DNA of 63,984 nt, the filler included, from Octopus bimaculoides (lineage: Eukaryota): NCBI RefSeq assembly GCF_001194135.2. It is 6 parts of 6 records of this genome, joined end to end, with 100 filler letters (N's around TTAATTAATTAA, not from the genome) between each part and the next. Parts side by side here need not be neighbours in the genome. Positions count along the whole stretch, not along the records: positions 54,717 to 59,264 come from NC_068991.1; positions 59,365 to 62,609 come from NC_068986.1; positions 62,710 to 63,984 come from NW_026356725.1; 3 more parts are not named here. One strand, 5' to 3'. A program made the position numbers and the translations under genes. Positions 54,617-63,984 of the stretch are shown piece after piece. How positions within the stretch are numbered: the stretch's first letter is position 1; the number at the start of each line of letters is the position of its first letter. The notes under the pieces were generated by a model. That model saw only the letters and a program-made list of their open reading frames with translations. It had not been told where the DNA came from and searched no databases.

Positions 54617-54741
54617 NNNNNNNNNNNNNNNNNNNNNNNNNNNNNNNNNNNNNNNNNNNNTTAATTAATTAANNNNNNNNNNNNNNNNNNNNNNNNNNNN
54701 NNNNNNNNNNNNNNNNGTTTTTCTCCTTGTTTTCTCCGTAT

Positions 54742-54778
54742 TCTTTCTGTTGAAGAGCGTAGCTCGAAACGTTAAAGA
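54742..54778 (+). ncRNA. Minimal type-I hammerhead ribozyme-like fold in a PLE terminal repeat
   Basis: Stem I TCTTT/AAAGA; core CTGTTGA (A6 variant); stem II GAGC-GTA-GCTC; GAAA; palindromic stem III ACGT; GUU cleavage triplet. Activity unknown. Confidence 0.6.
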
Positions 54779-55016
54779 CTTTCCGTATGCCCGAGCGTCA
54801 AACTAATACGTCCTTTTGTTGTTTACACCACCTGTCCTCGTCTGTTGTTTTTTTTTTCGTATATTCTCCCATATATATATATATACACTTAAGACTTAGT
54901 TGTGGATTGGGACTTTCATCGGCAGAGGTCATTATTATTACGACCATATATATATGCACACAGAATGCACATTAATACACACATACATACAAATACCTAT
55001 CATTCTTTTTTATTTA

Positions 55017-55117
<101 letters not shown>

Positions 55118-55262
55118 GCCCATCTTAATATATAATGCTGAAGTTCTGTATGTGTGAAGCCTTTTTAAAAGTTGTTCCCTGTAAAAACATTTAAATTTCA
55201 GAGAACGACTATTAAATATTTTTCTGTTTCCGTGAGTTGCTGGAAATAATCTTTTACCAATG

Positions 55263-56800
55263 TTAGTTCTTTATATTAAGGGAAAAGGGAGGGGCGAACC
55301 AAATAATTTTCCTTGGTTTATTTTTACGTTTCTTATCATTCTGATTAATACTAGAGTAGTTATGTATTACATTATCTTTGATGACATTTGATCGATTATT
55401 GATATTTTGATTATTATTAGAGGCATTATATATTAATTTATCTTTGAAGCCACTATTGACTAGGGTCTTGTTATAATAGGGGGAGGGGGTAGATTTCTCG
55501 AAAATTTCTTTAGAAGAAGAGAGGTTAGACATTCTGTTACTAATATTAGCTATCAGATTTTTAAATATTACAGGAGTGTGACAAGACTGTTTATGTATAT
55601 ATGCGAGTTTCTCATTAGGCTTATGGAAAGGTTTATACTATGAGGAATTTAGATCTAGGGGAACATCTAAATAATCAACTGTAGAGAGATTGAAGAGATT
55701 AGTAGCTACTGTAATTTTAAGTCCTAATTGATTAAAGGTAGAAATAAGTTGCTTTCTAAATCTATCAAGGATGTGACCATCACACCTATGGGAAATAACC
55801 AAACCGTCGTCACGGTATAGGCCAACGTCATGAGATGAGCATTTATATCTCAATGTGTTTACTATAATAAACCCACAAGATCACAGACGTCAGCACTATC
55901 ATATGACCCCTATAGATACATCAAATAGTTCGTCACTACGCAACTTTTTTACTCACGCTAATCCTTTACTGAACAATAGTGTTTTCCTCGCATGCCAGAT
56001 AAAATATTGTCAACATCAACAAATGATTTAGCAAATTCAATTGCTTTATCAAGCAGCGATCTAGCTATAGAGGGATAAAAGTCTATGATATCAATCTGGG
56101 TAAATTTAGCCTTATTCTTATTCTTGATATTCTTAAACCAATCTATTACAGTAAAATTGTTATTTCATTGTTGAATCCCAGTAATTTCCCTAATTCTATT
56201 ATTAATGTCTTTAAGTAATTTCTTTTAGTTACTAGCCCATTTTCTGATCTCACCGGATTTAACAATCTAGATGTAAGATTATCACAAAAATTAGACTTAA
56301 GGTCTTTTAAAGTAATTAACGCCTCGCTCTTAGTAAAGCGTTCTAATCTATTATCGATATTACTACGTTTAGCGAGGAGTTTAGCTTCATCATTGATATC
56401 ATAGTATCTCTCTACGTTAGCTTTCTTACATTTAGAGGAAAAGGTGTCTTTTCGCAACTTATTGTATAAACCATTAGTAACTTCATAACAGAGAAAAACA
56501 TAAATATATTTTGAAGAATACTACCTATTCCTAACTGACTTGATATCTTCCCAACCTTATCATTTAAGGTCTTAGGACAATAGTTCCTTTACTTTTTTAC
56601 TTTTCATTTTTTACAGTTTAGTCTTTGTGTTTTCATTTCCACTTTTCGTTTTTCGCTTTCTGTTGTTTACTTTCTGCGTTTTATATATGCTGCCTTCTTG
56701 GTTATTTCGCGTTTCTTCTATTATTGAATATTTTTTTAGTTCGCTATGATATATGGTTTGCGCCTGAAGAATGCTTTTGATTTTTCTCAACATATGAAAC
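55263..56800 (-). mobile_element. Penelope-like element RT relic
   Basis: ALITLKDLKSNF..RLLNPVRSENG; IDIIDFYPSI; FDVSIG-SYDSADVCDLVG; GLYRDDGL; LKITV; RKIIWFAPPFS. Many stops and frameshifts. Confidence 0.85.
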
Positions 56801-56861
56801 TATCAGTAGCACTTTCATGTATTTTAACCTTCAAATAAATAATATATACAGTTGTTGTTGT

Positions 56862-56936
<75 letters not shown>

Positions 56937-57274
56937 TATAGACAGAGAAAGAGAGAGAGAGAGGGGGATAGATAAAGATGGCCGGTTTTGGGGATTACTC
57001 TGATTTTCACGACCATAAAGAGCTTAGCTTTACAGTGTTTCTTCAGACCCTAAACTCGTTGGCCTATGGCGTCACTAGCAAGTGGCCTGTCTGGAAAATG
57101 GACGAGGAAAAGACTTCGTTACTATAAGTCAACAATAATGGATTGTTTCCCTTTGATTGCTATCTATAGGGCTTTCCTATAAGTAGGTTATCTCCCTTGG
57201 CTAGGCAGCGCTCCATGTAGATAATTAAACTTCCGGAGGCTACCCACGCCATTGTTATTGTTTTACGTCTTATC

Positions 57275-57487
57275 ATGGATATAAAGCAGCTTGGTGATTC
57301 AGCTATCGAAGTACTTACTGTGCCTGAGTTAAAGAAATATTTAAGATTATATGGACAGTATGTTACTGGAAGAAAGGCGGACTTGACTGAAAGGTTGAAA
57401 GGAATAAAAATTCTGTCGATGAAGAATGTCAACAAAGTAAATTCATCAGATGATAAGTCTGAAGTATCGGACGATACTTCAGACAGG
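57275..57487 (+). pseudogene. SAP-domain ORF fragment inside the TIR element (runs into a gap)
   Basis: MDIKQLGDSAIEVLTVPELKKYLRLYGQYVTGRKADLTERLKG matches the SAP pattern LxVxELKxxLRxxGxxxxGxKADLxERL. Confidence 0.75.
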
Positions 57488-57780
57488 NNNNNNNNNNNNN
57501 NNNNNNNNNNNNNNNNNNNNNNNNNNNNNNNNNNNNNNNNNNNNNNNNNNNNNNNNNNNNNNNNNNNNNNNNNNNNNNNNNNNNNNNNNNNNNNNNNNNN
57601 NNNNNNNNNNNNNNNNNNNNNNNNNNNNNNNNNNNNNNNNNNNNNNNNNNNNNNNNNNNNNNNNNNNNNNNNNNNNNNNNNNNNNNNNNNNNNNNNNNNN
57701 NNNNNNNNNNNNNNNNNNNNNNNNNNNNNNNNNNNNNNNNNNNNNNNNNNNNNNNNNNNNNNNNNNNNNNNNNNNNNNNN

Positions 57781-58050
57781 GTGCTACGGATGAAATCAAA
57801 GCAACAGTTAAGGAGTGGCATATTTTACCACGACAGACACGTACACAGCATGGAATACCACGATGTGAGTGAAAGCTGCTCTCACTGTATTGTCCTGTGT
57901 CTGGTAATCCCTTCGATACCGACATCAAACCAAAAAAAGAATCCTGACCACAGAGTGTGGGTAATTATGTCAAATGTCACTGGCAATGTGCATTCAGCTG
58001 ATTGCAACTGTTAAAGCAAATCACTGAGCATGCGTACATGTCATACGGGA
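57781..58050 (+). pseudogene. Disrupted SWIM zinc-finger fragment inside the TIR element
   Basis: LVIPSIPTSNQKKNPDHRVWVIMSNVTGNVHSADCNC*, then frameshifted ACVHV, giving a CxC..CxH arrangement. Confidence 0.65.
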
Positions 58051-58524
58051 GAGTTCCAATCAGGGGTGGATAACACCTTATAGGAAAGCCCTATAATTAA
58101 CGCTGTTGGCTGATGGATCCTAGTAGCAACAGCAGCTCTCCCAATTACTACTACAGTACCAATAGCAACAGCAGCAGACAGGAATAGCAGCAGCACCATC
58201 GCCAGTGATAACAATAACAATATCGACAGCAACGGTAGCAACCTCGAACAGAAATAGCAACAGTGCCATCGTTAACAATAATAATAACAACAGTTAGAAC
58301 ATCAGCCACTTCGACAGCGCAGATAACAGCTCCAGAAACTCCAACGAAGATGGTCATAATACCACCAATAGCACCAACAACAGCGTCACTACCGAGGATA
58401 TCCCCTACACCAGCGTTAATGGAACCGGCGCCAGCACCGACACGAACGCCAGTTTTAACGATATAAACACCAACAATACCAGCGCCATCAACAGCCGTGG
58501 CATCTACGTAAACATCAACAGGAA

Positions 58525-58748
58525 TAATATCGCCAACACCCGCACACGAAGATATACCAAATGTTCCGGAAACACATTCAAACAGCGCCTCTTCAGGATT
58601 CCAGACAGTAGATATGTTACGTCCTTAGCCAGCCATGTATGACGGCTGAAAGACAAAAGAACTCCACACATAATATCATGGAAGATCCTAGAAAATCCAG
58701 GCCCGTACAAAAATGAGATCAAGCGTTATAAACTGTGCATAGCCGAGC
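58525..58748 (+). mobile_element. Penelope-like GIY-YIG endonuclease remnant
   Basis: YTKCSGNTFKQRL..TSLASHV*RLKDK..IISWKILENPGPYKNEIKRYKLCIAE resembles the PLE endonuclease C-terminus. Confidence 0.7.
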
Positions 58749-59118
58749 GGATGAGGGGAATATCCCTAACTCCAGGAGGGAGGTCTTCAGACTCTGCTCG
58801 CACTTCAGGAAATTTATGCTGGAGTCCTGGGATCTACCAACAGTCAAGGTTAATTACAGATAGCAGTCAAAGGGAGATAATACCTTGTTGTTGACGCATA
58901 GCAACGAAGTCTTTTCCTCCTCCATTTTCTAGAAAGGCCATTTGCTAGAGAAGCCATAGGCCAACAGGTTTAGGGTCTGAACAAACGCTGTAAAGTTAAG
59001 TGCTTTATGGACGTGAAACCCAAGGTAACCTCATAAACCGGCCACGTCTATCTTTATATACTCTACTGCTCTATAACTTAGAGTGTGCTTCTTTTACGGA
59101 TTTATGATTTACTGACGA
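58749..59118 (+). mobile_element. PLE terminal-repeat (pLTR)-like segment; paralogues at 31153-31560 and 56990-57167 plus 58093-58130 (opposite orientation)
   Basis: Three copies share GGGTTTCACGTCCATAAA, AAACCTGTTG, GGAAAAGACTTC and CACACTCTAAGTTATAGAGCAG. This copy directly follows the GIY-YIG remnant. Confidence 0.65.
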
Positions 59119-59399
59119 TACACACACACACACATAACTATACCTATTCACCTATTCCAATATTTGCCTAGACTATGTATATTTGTACATACACCTATAC
59201 ATGCACACATACACATACGCACACATATACACATTTATAGACAACCCTATATATATATATATATNNNNNNNNNNNNNNNNNNNNNNNNNNNNNNNNNNNN
59301 NNNNNNNNTTAATTAATTAANNNNNNNNNNNNNNNNNNNNNNNNNNNNNNNNNNNNNNNNNNNNGTTTTGTTTGCATTAAAGGTAATTAGGGGAAATTT

Positions 59400-60330
59400 C
59401 GAAAATGTGTCTATATATGTGTCTAAATGTTTGTCATTCCCCTTGTAGGGGGTGAAGTGGGATTTATTTCTGACAATTGGTTCATCATTCATATCCTTAT
59501 TTCGGACTTCTGTAAGCCGGAGGTGGCGGTTAAAATTCTCAATATCAGTTTTTAGTTCAATGAGATTAGGGTTGGGTTTCGGGGGGTAAATTTGAAACGT
59601 TTCTACGGGAGAATCATATCATTGTTGAGGTTTCTAAATTTACACATTTATGATCTTCGGGGTGATATGTTCTGTGTGCTCATTAAAATATTCTGTTGTG
59701 TCGGGTCTGGTGCGCGATTGTGGTATTTTCTCCTTATTGTGTTTCCATTTTTTGCTGTCTCCGGGGTTCTGGTTCCCTCGTAGGTGAGGGATGATTCATG
59801 TTCTTTGTACGTACTTCGTTGTCTATAGGTTCTGTCTTCTTCCCATCTTCTATGTTTATTCGACCATTCAGGATGTATATGATTGTTGGTCGTAAATCGT
59901 GGGTTTCTTGAGTTTCCACGATGATTATTCATATTATAGTTTCTGTGTTGTCCATATTTTACTTGTCTTTCTCTCCGTTTATTCATCTATCTAGGGTATT
60001 TAGTATTATGGGTTGGTGTCTGTCTGTATGTTACTTGTCTTTATTGTCTCCCCCCCCCATTCATTCATCCATCTAGGGTGTTTGATATGAATTGATAGTT
60101 GTCTTCTATATTCCATGTGTTTGTTTATTGCAATGTTGTGTTTTGGTATTGCAGAATATGGATTTCTGGTCTGCACTTGGGATGAGCTGGAGTTCATCTC
60201 CGCATATGTTCTTGGATAACTAGAGGTTCGATAACTTAGTCTGGTTCCCCTGTGGTCAGTGTCTATATTTGTTTTTGGTTTCCTTGTATTTTTTTGTTGT
60301 TGTATTTTCGTTTTCATAATAGATTCCCCC
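59400..60330 (-). mobile_element. Second Penelope-like family, 5' ORF region
   Basis: Low-complexity R/N/T-rich N-terminus, then PKPNPNLIELKTDIENFNRHLRLTE..IVRNKSHFTP, resembling the PLE pre-RT motif PTP..L..D...F.R.LRL.E. Confidence 0.6.
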
Positions 60331-61140
60331 NNNNNNNNNNNNNNNNNNNNNNNNNNNNNNNNNNNNNNNNNNNNNNNNNNNNNNNNNNNNNNNNNNNNNN
60401 NNNNNNNNNNNNNNNNNNNNNNNNNNNNNNNNNNNNNNNNNNNNNNNNNNNNNNNNNNNNNNNNNNNNNNNNNNNNNNNNNNNNNNNNNNNNNNNNNNNN
60501 NNNNNNNNNNNNNNNNNNNNNNNNNNNNNNNNNNNNNNNNNNNNNNNNNNNNNNNNNNNNNNNNNNNNNNNNNNNNNNNNNNNNNNNNNNNNNNNNNNNN
60601 NNNNNNNNNNNNNNNNNNNNNNNNNNNNNNNNNNNNNNNNNNNNNNNNNNNNNNNNNNNNNNNNNNNNNNNNNNNNNNNNNNNNNNNNNNNNNNNNNNNN
60701 NNNNNNNNNNNNNNNNNNNNNNNNNNNNNNNNNNNNNNNNNNNNNNNNNNNNNNNNNNNNNNNNNNNNNNNNNNNNNNNNNNNNNNNNNNNNNNNNNNNN
60801 NNNNNNNNNNNNNNNNNNNNNNNNNNNNNNNNNNNNNNNNNNNNNNNNNNNNNNNNNNNNNNNNNNNNNNNNNNNNNNNNNNNNNNNNNNNNNNNNNNNN
60901 NNTTACGAGAGGCAACTCTGAACGAACTTAATAAAGCTGTAGCTTTATATATAATTCAGTCAACACGTTGACTGATTTTTCGCCACGTAACTGCAATGCT
61001 TTTTAGCAGTTGAAGTATGTGACAAACATTTCAACTAACCTAAATTCTGTTCATGCCGAAACACTGCTTTGCGCCAATGATTCGTTATTCACCTTGGCCG
61101 GGTCATCTACTAACACAAATTTGTGAATGTGTTGACTGAA

Positions 61141-61310
61141 TCTATATATATAAAGATGAGAATGTGTGTCTGTGTCTCTGTCTGTCTGTGTGAATCCCTA
61201 AAACTTGAGAACTACACAATCAATTTCATTCAAATTTTACACATGCCTTACTTAGAGTCCATGTAGTGTTTTAGGCCAAAATTTTTTTAAACTTCTTGCC
61301 TAGTGCGAGT
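61141..61310 (+). mobile_element. Helitron-like non-autonomous 5' end
   Basis: A|TCTATATATATAAAG start followed by (TCTG)n, typical of metazoan non-autonomous Helitrons. No 3' CTRR end found. Confidence 0.55.
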
Positions 61311-61759
61311 GACGTACGCGCGCACGCGCACGCGCACACACACACACGCACACACATATATATCCTTTTGATTCAATCGAACGCTGAATCAAAATTGATC
61401 AGTGAATTTAATGGTTGTCCTTTCTTTGTACGAATACATATGGTGTAATAAACAGCTGGTGGAAGCAATATGGTGTCACAGTGATGGCGTTGCTGGTGGT
61501 GATGGTGTGCTTACGTGTGCTTCTATGCACAAAAGGGTTCCGTTCCGTAAGTGTTACTTGCTTTACTTAGGCGTAGTCACATTCAACAACAATTGGCACG
61601 AATCTCATTTCGATTCAGCGCTGAATCAAAATTGATCTGTGAATTTAATGGTTGTATTTCTTTGTAGGAAGAAATATGATGTCATCGTTGGTGCGTGAAA
61701 GTATTTATGGTGGCAGTGGTGGTAGTGGTGGTGGTGATGTGTATGTGAGTGTGTGTGAG

Positions 61760-61814
<55 letters not shown>

Positions 61815-61851
61815 CAGTACTGTGGTTAATTCTGCAATCCAAGTCAACTAG

Positions 61852-61932
61852 GTCCGTTTAGACATGTGATCAAAGAAGTTCTAGCCGAAACCAGCTGGAG
61901 CAGCATTGTCTATCGCGTCCTTCATCAAGACG
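61852..61932 (+). CDS. Candidate 81-nt phase 1-1 coding exon (GPFRHVIKEVLAETSWSSIVYRVLHQD)
   Basis: TAG| acceptor and G|GTAGGC donor. The frame is closed by stops just outside both sites. Phase-compatible with 26205-26292. Confidence 0.4.
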
Positions 61933-62162
61933 GTAGGCTGTGATCTGAGTAAGATTTGATTGGTATTTCTATACGATCGAGCAATCAAAATGAGTCTGCT
62001 CGTGAGTGATACAAGAGAGCAAATATCCAGTGGACCTGGCTCTGTGGGATCTATACTTGTAGTCATTGAGAAAAGAAATAGATAAATGGATAGACAGACT
62101 GACAGATAGACAGATAGACAAACAGACGGATAGATATATAGATAGATAGATTGACAGACAGT

Positions 62163-62221
<59 letters not shown>

Positions 62222-62709
62222 CTTTCTTTATTAGCCACACAAAGCTGAACATAGATGGGACAAGTACAATGTAGAGTTTTTCTTTTCGAGGGGGGCGAAA
62301 ACAAAGTAAAAAAAAAAAGACAAAATTAGGGACAACGATCAAAAGGGATCGAAATCGTTTGGGATATATACAAAAAAAAAAATCCTAAATAATGCAGAAA
62401 GTTCCCAAGAAATGGGGAGGTTTATCCGTGGAAAGAAAAAACTACGAAAAGACCACGGTAACTTCGGGCAATAATGTCACATATTAACACATTTATTTAC
62501 AAGAAGTAACTCTCTGAAATATTTTCCGTTTTATAGGACCATGCTCAAGGTGACTTCGTCATTCATCCGTGCCATCCTTGCCACATTCACCCATCTTTTT
62601 TTGAAACATNNNNNNNNNNNNNNNNNNNNNNNNNNNNNNNNNNNNNNNNNNNNTTAATTAATTAANNNNNNNNNNNNNNNNNNNNNNNNNNNNNNNNNNN
62701 NNNNNNNNN

Positions 62710-62744
<35 letters not shown>

Positions 62745-62883
62745 GGAGAGAGAAAGAGACAGAGACAGACAGATAGAGAGAGCACTGTAGGAGTTTCTAA
62801 CGCCCTACTCACATAGTCTCGATTATAGTTTTGCTGTTCGGTGAAGAATTGCAGCCTGCTGTTAATATTAATTATATAAATAT

Positions 62884-62923
<40 letters not shown>

Positions 62924-63039
62924 CTAACGGATGGCGATATTTATGGCACTAGTTTGGAATCAGTAGTTCTTTGACTGCTATTTCTAAATTTTCAGTATGT
63001 TGGAGAAGCAACTCATGCTAATCCCTGTATATTTATGAT

Positions 63040-63096
<57 letters not shown>

Positions 63097-63236
63097 ATGT
63101 ATGTATATGTATATATGTACGTACATATGTGAACATGTATGCACGTAATTCATGTAAGTGTGTATGTGATTTTGTGTACGTGTGTGCGCATCTGCATGGG
63201 TATGTATGTACATGTATGTATATATGTGTATATATG

Positions 63237-63298
<62 letters not shown>

Positions 63299-63941
63299 GA
63301 TGAAGAATAAAAACCTGTATATGTATACATATACAGATAAGTACGTATGTATATACATTTTCGTATGTATACATATATGTATGTGTGTATGAGTGCATAT
63401 GCGCATGCGCATCTATATACGATATATATGTATAGCTAGAGATATAGATATAAACACACAGACACGCACACACACACATACTCACCGACCCATGCTCATT
63501 TAAACATGCCAGCCTTTCTGTTTTTTTTTTCTTCCTCCCTTTCTTTTTTACCCAATTTGTTCCGAACGAACTCGGCAATCAAGACTAATAAGCAAAGTTC
63601 ATTGATGTAATTTTCCCTGGTTACATATTTTGACATTTCATTTCTGGCTCCCCACATTCTACACTCCCTCCGCCCACCGACCACCGACCACCACCGCCAC
63701 CACCACCATAAATAACGTCTGCCTATTTGTGCATTGTGTAGGCACATTCTGTATCTACTAGGATAAGCCTATCCAAATCATTGACTCGAAACTTTGCTTT
63801 AAACCTGTTACTTTAGGAATCTCTTGAGAAAAAGATAGGCACCAATTTTTCTAATCCCAAACTTTATCTTTTGTTTCTCACCGTTATACGACTGCGGCAC
63901 CGCCTTGAAGAAATTTTCAATCGATCGAATCGTTCACAGTC

Positions 63942-63984
<43 letters not shown>

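Larger units (their letters stand above)
57168..58092 (+). mobile_element. Internally deleted TIR DNA transposon (ISL2EU/PIF-Harbinger-related) with SAP and SWIM remnants
   Basis: Perfect 16-bp TIRs AGGGCTTTCCTATAAG (57168-57183) and CTTATAGGAAAGCCCT (58077-58092), each flanked by AT. Interior encodes SAP-like EVLTVPELKKYLRLYGQYVTGRKADLTERLK and SWIM-like HRVWVIMSNVTGNVHSADCNC...ACVHV. Family label is an inference from the AT TSD, purine termini and SWIM domain. Confidence 0.75.

Noticed and set aside
58100-58520. Thr/Ala/Pro-rich ORFs
   Set aside because: Degenerate (CAA/CAG)n low-complexity sequence.

Overview
This is eukaryotic, AT-rich, repeat-dense genomic DNA with about 25 N-gaps. The SINE families and microsatellite load suggest an octopus (Octopus bimaculoides-type draft scaffold); this is an inference, not a database match. 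No complete, confidently named protein-coding gene is visible, and most ORFs in the supplied track are microsatellite or N artefacts. The window is a mosaic of mobile-element relics: at least four tRNA-derived SINE families; LINE fragments (CR1-group RT, RTE, Tx1/L1, R4/Dong-like RLE); three or more Penelope-like (PLE) pieces whose terminal repeats carry minimal hammerhead-ribozyme folds; several Tc1/mariner relics and MITEs; a Helitron-like 5' end; and a TIR element carrying SAP and SWIM remnants whose AT target duplication is supported by a paralogous empty site (ISL2EU-like). Notable patterns are element 'trains' built on (TAA)n microsatellites, an ~850-bp palindromic mariner made of two 5' ends, and a sharply CpG-depleted block at 49.8-54.6 kb. 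Scattered exon-shaped segments on both strands suggest the window lies in the long introns of one or two unidentified genes. These calls are low confidence and need RNA-seq.
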